Positions 1 through 10,100 of a DNA stretch of 64,000 bases are shown here, one piece after another (within the stretch, counting starts at the first letter, position 1; each line of letters opens with the position of its first letter). A program made the position numbers and the translations under genes. This DNA comes from Mantamonas sphyraenae STR306 (taxonomy: Eukaryota; Protista; CRuMs), in the NCBI GenBank assembly GCA_026936335.1, contig JAPMXV010000027.1, positions 161,533-225,532 of the forward strand, in the 5' to 3' direction. The notes under the pieces were generated by a model. The model did not search any database and had not been told where the DNA came from. It worked only from the letters and a program-made list of their open reading frames with translations.

Positions 1-1
1 T

Positions 2-3000
2 GTCAACTTTGACGGCAGCGACACGCTGTCGGTTGCCACTCGAGACTATGGAAACACGGGCTCCGGTCCTGAGGGCACCCACAGCGTCACCATCGGCATT
101 ACCGTCATCGGCGTCAACGATCTCATCGAGTTTTCCAACCCGGCAACAGCCTCTGTTGACGAAGACACGGATCTCACTCTTGCTGGCATCAGCGTCAGCG
201 ACAGTGACGCCTATGCAAACGCCGTGCGTGTCAACGTCAGCGTGTCGTCTGGCACGGTGACCCTGGCCCAGACCACGGGCTTGACGCTGCTCAGCGGCTC
301 AGGCTCTGCAGACGCCTTTGTCGAAGTCCTGGGCACGCTGACCAACATCAACGCCGCCCTGAACAACCTCGTGTACCGTGCAAGCACGCACTACAACGGC
401 CCAGAAACCATCCTGCTGGGTGCAGCCGATCTCGGCGCTACCGGCACGCCTGGGCCAACGAGCTCGTTCAGCAATGTCTCGGTCACCGTCGCCGCTGTGA
501 ACGATGCACCTGTGCTGACCGTTCCCGCGGCCACTCAAACCACCCTGGAGGATGTGGCACTTACAATCACTGGTGTCAGCGTAAGCGACGTCGATGTGGC
601 TGCCGCAAATGTCAATGTGACTCTCTCCGTCTCTTCGGGTGTCCTCTCCCTCGGCTCCACAACAGGCCTGACTTTCGGCTCGGGCGACGGCACCGCAGAT
701 CGCTCCATGTCCTTTGAGGGCACGCTCACAAGTGTCAACGCAGCCCTCGCGGCATCGGGCGTCGTGTACCTCGGCGATGCAAACTACAACGGGCCCGACG
801 GCCTCTATGTTGAAGTGGACGATGGAGGAGCCACGGGACAGGGTGGCGTGCAACGGAACAGCACCACGGTGGCCCTGTATGTCGAGGGAGTCAACGACCC
901 GCCTGTGCTCACAAGTATCAGCGCACAAACCGTCGACGAAGACACGGATCTGACCATGTCCGGCTTTGCCATCACGGATTTGGACGTCGGTTCCCTCCCG
1001 CTGCAGGTCAACATCAGCGTAAGCCAGGGTGTGCTCACCGTCGGCTCTCTTGCAGGCCTCACGTTTGTGCAAGGGGACGGCTCCGCAGACGCACAGATGC
1101 GCTTCCAGGGTTCGCTTACCGCCGTCACGGCCGCTCTCAACGGCCTCGTGTACCGCGGCAACCTGCACTTCAACGGCGCAGACACCCTCAGCGTGGGTGT
1201 GGATGACCGTGGCAACGTGGGTCTTGGTGGCTTCCTCACAGATGCTGCCACGGTGGCCATCACCGTGGAGGCCGTCAACGACGCGCCTGTGCTCACCGTG
1301 CCTGGTTTGCAGGCAGCCACTGAGGATGTGCAGCACACCATCAGTGGCGTGAGCGTGTCCGATGTCGACGTCGCTGCAGGCCTGATGAGTGTCAACCTCA
1401 CAGTCACGGCAGGCACCCTGTGGCTTCCCACAACCACCTCGCTCACCTTTGCTCTTGGCGACGGCACCAACGACCGCCGCATGGAGATGACGGGCACGCG
1501 CACCGCACTGAACACAGCCCTGGCCGCCATTGTGTACCAAGGCGACCTTCACTGGAACCAGGGTGACACGGTCACCGTGGACGTGCACGACTACGCGCAG
1601 ACAGGCAAGGGAGGCCAGCTTGCCGACACAGCAACCATTCCCATCAACTTTGTGGCTGTCAACGATGCGCCTGTACTCACGGTGCCACCTGCTCAAGCGG
1701 GTTCGGAAGATGTCGACCTCCCCATCACGGGCATCAACATCACCGATGTCGACGTGGCAGGAGGCCAGCTGCGTGTCCAGATCGGCGTCACATCCGGTGT
1801 GTTGACCCTGGCCACCACGGTCGGGCTCAACTTTGCCTCCGGAGGTGGCTTTGCGGACGCAAGCATGGACTTCCAAGGCACGCTGACCCAGGTCAACAAC
1901 GCTTTGGCCACAGTCACCTATCTCACCGACCTGCACTACAACGGCAACGATGCCGTTTCCATTGCCGTGTACGATCAGGGCAACACAGGTGTGGGTGGCG
2001 TCCTGCAGGACTCGGGCAACATCCCGCTCACGCTTCAGGCCGTCAACGACGCACCTACCTTTGGTGTGCCTGGTACGCAGAATGTGGACGAGGACACAGA
2101 TCTCACCATTTACTTGGTGGGATTCATCGTTTCCGACGTGGATCTGTTCGGCGCAGATGTGCAGGTCAACCTTTCGTGTGCCTCGTGTCTGATGAACCTG
2201 ACCACCACCACGGGCCTGGAATTCGTGGTCGGCGATGGCTTCCTCGACCCGTTCATGTCCTTTACCGGCACTCGCACAGAGGTGAACAACGCCATCACAA
2301 CCGTCGTTTACCGTGGCGAACCCAACTTCAACGGTTTCGACGCCGTGACGGCGGTCGTATCCGATCGTGGCTTCACCGGTTTTGGCGGTGAACAGTTTTC
2401 CACCGACCAAACTGCAATCGTTGTGAACCCGGTGAACGACGAGGTCATCATCACCATTCCGTCGGCCCTGTTTGTGTCCGAGGACATTGCGTACAGCATC
2501 GACAGCGTCAGCATCACCGACGTGGACATCGGGTCCGGCATCATGTCGGCCAACTTGTCTGTGAGCCACGGTTTGTTGCAGCTCGCATCCACCGAAGGCC
2601 TGACCTTTGCAGAGGGCAGTGCCGCACCCGGGCGTGTTTTCCGCTTGGATGGCAACGTGACCAACATTGCCAAGGCGCTTCTGAACATGACCTACACGAG
2701 CGACCTGCACTACCACGGCACAGACTACCTCTACATCGAGGCGACGGACAACGAGATTGGCAACGCCACGTTTACATGGAAGTACCTGGCCATCAACGTG
2801 GAGTCAGTCAACGATGCGCCTGTGCTCAGCGTGCCTGGCGCACAGGCGGTGAGCGAAGACGTGGCCATCACCCTCAATGGGATCAACGTCACCGATGTGG
2901 ACGTGGATGCAGCCACCATGTTCTTCAACATCACGGCTGACCATGGTGTCATGTCCCTGGCCACCACCACGGGCTTTGCCATGACGTTTGGAGACGGAAC

Positions 3001-6000
3001 AGCCGACACGGCCATGCGCTTCACAAGCACTTTGACCAGTTTCAACACGGCTATGGCCGGTGGGCTCGTGTACCAGGGCAACCTGCACTTCAACGGCATC
3101 GAGACAATCCACATCACAGCCAGCGACCAGGGCAACACAGGCGTCACCGGAGGTGTGCAGCAGGATCTGCGCACCATTGTCATCAACGTGACTGCCGTCA
3201 ATGACGCTCCCGTGTGGACGGTGCCTTCTGCACAGACTGTGGACGAGGATGTCACCTTGAACATCACAGGCATCTCGTTGAGTGATGTCGATGTCGAGGC
3301 TCTCCCCATGGAGGTTAGCCTGCGCGTGTCCAACGGCACCTACAACCTTGCCTCCACAGCAGGCCTGACCTTTACGACGGGCACAGGCGCAAACGACCGG
3401 GAAACCGTGCTGCGTGGCTCTCTGACCGACATCAACGCCGCCCTGGTGTGGTTGACCTACACCGGCGACTTTGAGTTCTCCGGTTTGGACACTCTCCAGC
3501 TCAGTGTCAACGATCTTGGCCACGTCGGCGACGTCGGGCCGCTCTCCGACGCTGCCTCGGTGCCCATCAATGTCGTGATCATCAACGACGCCCCACAGCT
3601 CTCCGTGAGCAGCTCCCAATCCGTTAGTGAAGACACAGACGTCACGATTGCAGGCATGAGCGTGACCGATGTGGATGTGTTTGACCAGTCCATGCGTCTC
3701 AACGTGTCGGCTTCCAACGGTGTCGTCACTTTTGTCACCACCACAGGACTGTCGTTCCTGTCCGGCACCAGCAACGGCGCATCGCTGCTCAACGTGCGCG
3801 GCACAGTGACTCAGATCAACGCAGCCCTGGGCACGGTCGTCTACCGTGGCAACCTGCATTGGTACGGCCAAGACCAGCTGCAGATTGCCGTCGACGATGA
3901 GGGCAACACAGGAAACGGGGGCGTCCAGAGCGCCTCTGGCGTCGTCAACGTCACTGTTACGGCTGTCAACGACGCGCCTGTGCTCCAGGCAGTCAGCGAT
4001 CAGACGGTGAACGAAGACACAGATCTGACCATTGCTGGTATTGGTGTGAGCGACGTGGATGTGTACGCCGTGCCACTTGAGGTCAACGTCAGCGTGTCGC
4101 AGGGAGTGCTCTCGCTGCCCAACACGGCCGGTTTGACATTCTTGGTTGGCGACGGCCAAGACGATGCCTTTATGCGCATTCGCGCCACCGTGACCAACAT
4201 GCACGCTGCCCTGTCACCTATTGTGTACCGTGCGGCCCAGGATTACAACGGAGCAGACACGCTGCAGGTCAGCGCCAGCGATTTGGGCGAGTCTGGCTTT
4301 GGTGGCGAGCTGCGTGATGCCTTTACAGTGGGCATCACCGTGCAGGCCGTCAACGATGTGCCCATCTTTGGCATCATCACTGACCAGGCCGTCAACGAGG
4401 ACACAGACTTGACCATGCTGGGCATCACCGTCACCGACGTCGATGTCTTTGCTGGTGCTCTTACCGTCAACGTGAGCGTCGGCCACGGAGTGCTCACCCT
4501 CCCCAACACGGCTGGTCTCACGTTTAGCCGCGGCGACGGTACGCAGGACCCTGTGCTCACTTTCACGGCGGACGTGACCACGGCCACCGCGCGTCTGGGC
4601 ACCATTGTGTACCGCGGTGATGTCAACTACAACGGCGCCGACGCGCTGGTGCTGTATGTCAACGACAACGGTGCCACTGGTCTGGGCGGACCTCTGTCGT
4701 CCACGCAGACCATCAACCTGAACGTCGTCCCGGTCAACGACGCGCCCGTACTGACTGTGCCCGTGGGCTCGATCACCTCTGAGGATGTGATCGGTTTCTT
4801 CAACGGCATGAGCGTCAGCGACGTGGACGTTGCGAATGCGATTGTCAGCGTCAACATCACTGCAACGCTGGGCCTGGTGATGACCGGTGGCACGACCACG
4901 GGACTCACGTACACCGTAGGCAACGGCGCCTCATTCTTCCCCGAGCTGCGCTTCTACGGCACCCTGACCCAAATCAACGCTGGCATCTCCACCATGCGCT
5001 ACCTGCCGCTGGCCGACCGCAACGGCGACGACTTTGTGCAGGTGAGCGTGTCTGATGGCGGTGCCACGGGTCTGGGAGGCGCACTGTTCGACCAGGCCGT
5101 GTGGGTGGTCAACGTCACTGCCGTGAACGACGCACCCGTGTGGTCTCTGCCTACAGGTGGCACACCCGTTGTCCTCGAGGAGAACGACTTGATCATCACG
5201 GGCGTCGACGTGAACGACGTCGATGTCAAAGACCGTGTCATGGCGTTCAACATCAGCAGCGGCATTGGTCTCATTACGCTGAATAGCACTGCAGGGTTGA
5301 CGTTTGAGAGCGGAGACGGCGTGGCAGACGCGTACATGCGCTTCTACAGCACCCTGACGGCTGCTCGCAACGCAGTGCAGCAGCTTGTGTACCGCTCGCA
5401 ACCGAACCTGCACGGAAACGACGTGCTTGTGTTCACTGCCGACGACCAGGGAGCACTGGGCGCAGGCGGTGCGCTGATCCACAATGTCACGTACAATGTG
5501 TTTGTGACATCCGTGAATGACGCCCCGGAGGTGATCCTGCCCAGCCAGGGTACGGTGGCCGAAGAAGCGGATCTCAGCATTGCCGGTGTCAGCCTGACTG
5601 ATGTCGACGTGGGTGCCTCTACGTTGTATGTCAACATGAGTGTGGGAAGCGGTGTGTTGTCGCTGGCGACCACCACAGGTCTCACCTTTACGCTGAACTT
5701 GGGTGTGCCCATCGGCGACGGCGTCCAGGACCGAGTGATGGACTTTTCGGGCACCCTGACTGCCATCAACGCAGCCCTGGCCACAGTTGTGTACACGGGA
5801 AACCAGCACTACTTTGGCACCGACTTTTTGTACATCGGTGTGCGTGACGGCGGAGCCAGCGGCGCAGGAGGCGAATTGAGCGGGAGCAACACCATGACCA
5901 TTACCGTCGTGGGTGTCAACGATGCTCCTGTGGTCATTGCCCCAAGTACGGCCACGGCAACCGAGGATGTCGACCTGGTCGTTGCAGGTGTGGCCGTGAG

Positions 6001-7120
6001 CGATGTCGATGTGGCCAACAACCTGCTTGGCGTCAATTTGACAGTGACTGCAGGCACGTTGACCCTGAGTGGCACCTCGGGCCTCACCTTTGTGCAAGGC
6101 GACGGCACGGCCGACGCAGACATGATCCTGCGCGGCACAATCACCGACGTCAATGCTGCACTGAACAATTTGGTGTACCGCACAAACCTGCACAGCGTGG
6201 CTGCCGACACCCTGTCCATCGGCGTCGAAGACTTTGGCTCGTTTGGCACGGGTGGCCCGCTGAGCGGAAGCGGAAGTGTTGCGATCGCCGTGACGGCGGT
6301 CAACGACGCACCGTACTTCACTGTGCCCAGCGCACAGTCTGTCAACGAAGACACCGACTTGACCCTCGTGGGAGTCAGCGTGTCTGATGTCGATGTGAAC
6401 GCAGCCACACTGAACGTCAACATGAGCGTGAGTCTTGGTCAGCTGTGGCTGAGCACAACCGCAGGTCTGACCTTTTCCACGGGCTCCGGCTCTGCAGACG
6501 CCAGCATACATGGCACTGGCAGCGTTACATCGTGGCAGAATGCACTGACCAACATGGTGTACCGCGGCAACGCGCATGTGTATGGCACCGACACGCTGCA
6601 TCTCGGAGTGCGCGACAATGCAGCCAGCGGCGTGGGCGGCGAACTCAGCGGCGCGTCGGCACTTACCATCACCGTAGTGTCGATCAACGATGCGCCTGTG
6701 GTGAGCACACCAGGGACAGCCTCTGTGATGGAGGACATCCCTGCTGCCATCAGCGGTGTGTCTGTGAGCGACGTGGACGTGTACGCCGCTCCGTTGCTGG
6801 TCAACGTGAGCACCTCGCATGGATTGATCACCTTGGCGACCACCGAGGGTCTGACCATGCTGCAGGGCGACGGTACGCAGGACGCCACAGTCCGTTTCAA
6901 CGCAGCCAACCTGACGCGTGTCAACAACGCTCTGGCCGGCTTGGTGTACGTGAACCAGCCTGACTACAATGGAGGAGACATCATGACCATCACCGTGGAG
7001 GATCTGGGCCAGAGCGGAGTGGGCGGCAGCCTAGTCGGCGTGTGGCACCGTGACAATCACCGTCCAAGCGGCCAACGACGCGCCTGTTGTCAGCGGCCCC
7101 ACATGGGCAGCTGTCAATGA
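2..7120 (+). CDS. Fragment of the giant gene: ~18 diverged cadherin-like domains
   Basis: ORF 224..7120 extends in frame to base 2. The frame slips near 7042 (GGSLVG then GTVTITVQAANDAP in another frame). Confidence 0.85.
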   Translation, partial: VNFDGSDTLSVATRDYGNTGSGPEGTHSVTIGITVIGVNDLIEFSNPATASVDEDTDLTLAGISVSDSDAYANAVRVNVSVSSGTVTLAQTTGLTLLSGSGSADAFVEVLGTLTNINAALNNLVYRASTHYNGPETILLGAADLGATGTPGPTSSFSNVSVTVAAVNDAPVLTVPAATQTTLEDVALTITGVSVSDVDVAAANVNVTLSVSSGVLSLGSTTGLTFGSGDGTADRSMSFEGTLTSVNAALAASGVVYLGDANYNGPDGLYVEVDDGGATGQGGVQRNSTTVALYVEGVNDPPVLTSISAQTVDEDTDLTMSGFAITDLDVGSLPLQVNISVSQGVLTVGSLAGLTFVQGDGSADAQMRFQGSLTAVTAALNGLVYRGNLHFNGADTLSVGVDDRGNVGLGGFLTDAATVAITVEAVNDAPVLTVPGLQAATEDVQHTISGVSVSDVDVAAGLMSVNLTVTAGTLWLPTTTSLTFALGDGTNDRRMEMTGTRTALNTALAAIVYQGDLHWNQGDTVTVDVHDYAQTGKGGQLADTATIPINFVAVNDAPVLTVPPAQAGSEDVDLPITGINITDVDVAGGQLRVQIGVTSGVLTLATTVGLNFASGGGFADASMDFQGTLTQVNNALATVTYLTDLHYNGNDAVSIAVYDQGNTGVGGVLQDSGNIPLTLQAVNDAPTFGVPGTQNVDEDTDLTIYLVGFIVSDVDLFGADVQVNLSCASCLMNLTTTTGLEFVVGDGFLDPFMSFTGTRTEVNNAITTVVYRGEPNFNGFDAVTAVVSDRGFTGFGGEQFSTDQTAIVVNPVNDEVIITIPSALFVSEDIAYSIDSVSITDVDIGSGIMSANLSVSHGLLQLASTEGLTFAEGSAAPGRVFRLDGNVTNIAKALLNMTYTSDLHYHGTDYLYIEATDNEIGNATFTWKYLAINVESVNDAPVLSVPGAQAVSEDVAITLNGINVTDVDVDAATMFFNITADHGVMSLATTTGFAMTFGDGTADTAMRFTSTLTSFNTAMAGGLVYQGNLHFNGIETIHITASDQGNTGVTGGVQQDLRTIVINVTAVNDAPVWTVPSAQTVDEDVTLNITGISLSDVDVEALPMEVSLRVSNGTYNLASTAGLTFTTGTGANDRETVLRGSLTDINAALVWLTYTGDFEFSGLDTLQLSVNDLGHVGDVGPLSDAASVPINVVIINDAPQLSVSSSQSVSEDTDVTIAGMSVTDVDVFDQSMRLNVSASNGVVTFVTTTGLSFLSGTSNGASLLNVRGTVTQINAALGTVVYRGNLHWYGQDQLQIAVDDEGNTGNGGVQSASGVVNVTVTAVNDAPVLQAVSDQTVNEDTDLTIAGIGVSDVDVYAVPLEVNVSVSQGVLSLPNTAGLTFLVGDGQDDAFMRIRATVTNMHAALSPIVYRAAQDYNGADTLQVSASDLGESGFGGELRDAFTVGITVQAVNDVPIFGIITDQAVNEDTDLTMLGITVTDVDVFAGALTVNVSVGHGVLTLPNTAGLTFSRGDGTQDPVLTFTADVTTATARLGTIVYRGDVNYNGADALVLYVNDNGATGLGGPLSSTQTINLNVVPVNDAPVLTVPVGSITSEDVIGFFNGMSVSDVDVANAIVSVNITATLGLVMTGGTTTGLTYTVGNGASFFPELRFYGTLTQINAGISTMRYLPLADRNGDDFVQVSVSDGGATGLGGALFDQAVWVVNVTAVNDAPVWSLPTGGTPVVLEENDLIITGVDVNDVDVKDRVMAFNISSGIGLITLNSTAGLTFESGDGVADAYMRFYSTLTAARNAVQQLVYRSQPNLHGNDVLVFTADDQGALGAGGALIHNVTYNVFVTSVNDAPEVILPSQGTVAEEADLSIAGVSLTDVDVGASTLYVNMSVGSGVLSLATTTGLTFTLNLGVPIGDGVQDRVMDFSGTLTAINAALATVVYTGNQHYFGTDFLYIGVRDGGASGAGGELSGSNTMTITVVGVNDAPVVIAPSTATATEDVDLVVAGVAVSDVDVANNLLGVNLTVTAGTLTLSGTSGLTFVQGDGTADADMILRGTITDVNAALNNLVYRTNLHSVAADTLSIGVEDFGSFGTGGPLSGSGSVAIAVTAVNDAPYFTVPSAQSVNEDTDLTLVGVSVSDVDVNAATLNVNMSVSLGQLWLSTTAGLTFSTGSGSADASIHGTGSVTSWQNALTNMVYRGNAHVYGTDTLHLGVRDNAASGVGGELSGASALTITVVSINDAPVVSTPGTASVMEDIPAAISGVSVSDVDVYAAPLLVNVSTSHGLITLATTEGLTMLQGDGTQDATVRFNAANLTRVNNALAGLVYVNQPDYNGGDIMTITVEDLGQSGVGGSLVGVWHRDNHRPSGQRRACCQRPHMGSCQ

Positions 7121-10100
7121 GGACACCGACTTGACCATCTCTGGATTCAGTGTCACCGATGTGGACGCTGCAGGTGACAATCTGTGGCTGAACATCTCTG
7201 CGGGCGCCGGTGCGGTGTCCCTCCCTGTCACTGCCGGCCTGTCCTTCCGTGTGGGTGACGGTGCTGCAGACAGCTACATGGAAGCACAGGGCACGCTGAC
7301 GGCCATCAACGCAGCCCTTGCGACCGTGGTGTACCGTGCAAACAGCAACTACGACGGCTCCGACAAGTTGCAGGTTCTGGTGGACGACCAAGGCCACAAC
7401 GGCCTGGGCGGAGCCAAGTTTGGCAACAGAAGCACCCTTGTGCAGATGACAGCCATCAACGATGCGCCCTACCTGCCGGTCCTGGCCACAAAGGTGACCA
7501 ACGAAGACACAAACCTGACCATCAGTGATCTGGCCATTTCCGACGTGGACATCCGCAGCAACGCCATCACCGTCAACATGACCGTGATGTACGGTCGCAT
7601 CAGTTTGGCCAGCACAGCGGGCATCACGTTTACGCTTGGCTCGGGCAGCGGTGACCGCTTGGTTCAGTTCCAGGGCACTCTCACGGACGCCAACACGGCT
7701 CTGAACGGCATGATTTACACGCCAGACACCAACTTTTACGGCAGCGACACTCTGTTGGCGTGGGCGAGCGACAGTGGATTCGTGGGTTCCGGCGGTGAGC
7801 TCCTGGGCAACTCGAGCATTCCCATCACGGTCACAAGCCTGAACGATGCCCCAGAGGTGGATGCACCGGCCTCGTTGTCCGCCTCAGAAGACATCGAGTA
7901 CACCATGACCAGCGTCTCTGTCACTGACGTCGACGTTGCGTCCAGCCCGCTGAGCGTAACCATGGGCGTCACGCAGGGTGTCCTCACGCTGAACGGCACG
8001 GCTGGCCTCACATTTACGCTGGGCGATGGCTCTGCCGATGCGACCATGCGATTTTCGGGTACGCTGACAAACGTCAACGCAGCTCTCCAGGGCGCAGTAT
8101 ATGCGTCGACCCCCGAGTGGAATGGCGTCGACACGCTCAATCTGCAGGTGAATGACCAAGGCGCAACTGGCGCTGGTGGAGCACAGTCGGCTACCGTGAA
8201 CATTCCCATCAACGTGGCCTCCATCAACGATGGCCCGGCCATCGACATTGGCGCAAACCAAACGATTGCCGAGGACACAGCAGCCACCATCACTGGATAC
8301 ACAGTATCCGACTCTGATCTTGGGCACAAAGTCCATGTACATTCGTCTGTCCACGACGAATGGTGTGATCACGCTGAAGCAAACCACTGGTCTCGTGTTT
8401 GACACCGGCAGTGACGGCACACGCGATGCCACGCAGATTTTCACCGGTTCTCTCACCAATGTGCGCAATGCAATTTCGCAAATTGTGTATGAACCCAACG
8501 CAGACTACTATGGCGTGGACGCAATCCGCGGAGAGACCAACGATTTCGGCTTCACCGGTGCAGGAGGTGCCCAGGGCGATCTCAAGTACCTGTATGTGAC
8601 GGTGACCCCTGTGAACGACCCGCCCAGTTGGAACGTCCCACCACACGCACGCTCGATGAGGACACCGAATTGACTGTGGGTGGCGGCGTGATCAACATTG
8701 CGGATGTCGACGGAAGCGGCGGAGACATTGAGACTCGTGTCACCGTCGATCAAGGACGCGTGGCGTTGGCCAACACCAATGGTTTGACATTTACCACGGG
8801 AACGGGTGCGTATGACACACAGATGATTTTTACGGGCACGTTGGACGCGACAAACCAAGGTCTGTACTTTTTCATCTACCGTCCGGATCAGGACTTTGCT
8901 GGCACCGCTACGGTGACGCTGTGGACGGATGACCGTGGAAATGTGGGCACCGGCCCGTCGTACCAACGCCAGACAACGCTGCAGTTTGTGGTGAATCCGC
9001 TCAATGACGAACCGCGTCTGCTCAACCCCATTGTGGGCACACAGACAGTGAGTGAGGACACCGACCTCACCCTCACAGGCATTGGAGTCACAGACAACGA
9101 CGTCACGACCCAGATGGTGGAGATCTCCTTGTCCGCTTCGTACGGTACGCTGACGCTGCCCACGACCACTGGCTTTGTCTTTGGCGTGGGTGACGGTATC
9201 GCAGACGCCACGATGAAGTTTAACACGACCATGGCCAACTTCAACAGCAGCATGAGTGGCTCTGGCATCGTGTACCGCGGCAACGCTCACTATTTTGGAA
9301 GCGATGTGATTTCACTCAATGTCAGCGACAATGGTATCAGCGGACTGCCTGGTGCCCGTACGGACAGCTCAACTATTGTTGTTTCTGTGGTCAGTATCAA
9401 TGACGCTCCTTTGGTCACCGTGCCTGCAGCACAGGCTGTGAACGAAGACACGGATCTGACACTGAGCGCCGCCACGGCCATTTCGGTGAGCGACGTCGAC
9501 GTGGGCGGCGCCAACGTGTACATGGAGCTCAATGTGACGCAAGGTGCCATCACATTCGTGAGTACCACTGGAATCACTTTTGACAATGCATGCACAGGCA
9601 CTGCCTGCGCCGTGGCCAAGCTGCACGCAGACCTGACTGCCCTCAACGCAGCCCTGGCGACCATTGTGTACCGCCCGGGAAGCCACTACAACGGTGCGGA
9701 TACGCTGGGCGTGTATGCACACGACAACGGCGTGCAGGGTACTGGCGGCCAGCTTCAAGACTACAAGACCGTGGCACTTACCGTCAACGCAGTCAACGAC
9801 GCGCCGACCATCACTGCACCTGGATTGCAGGTGGTCACTGAAGACGAAAAGCGCTCACTGACCGGCCTCATTTCTGTTTCCGACGTGGACGTATTTGCAA
9901 ACAACCTGCGCCTGAACCTGAGTGTGGCCAACGGCCAGCTGAGCCTCGACTCTGCTGTCGCCGGCTTGACTGTGGTCCAAGGCAACGTGTCTGCAGATAC
10001 CGACTTGCGTCTGCTTGGTACACTCACTGTGCTGAACAACGCCCTCAATGTGCTTTCGTACACACCGGGCCTGAATTTTGAGGGTGTCGACCAGCTGTCC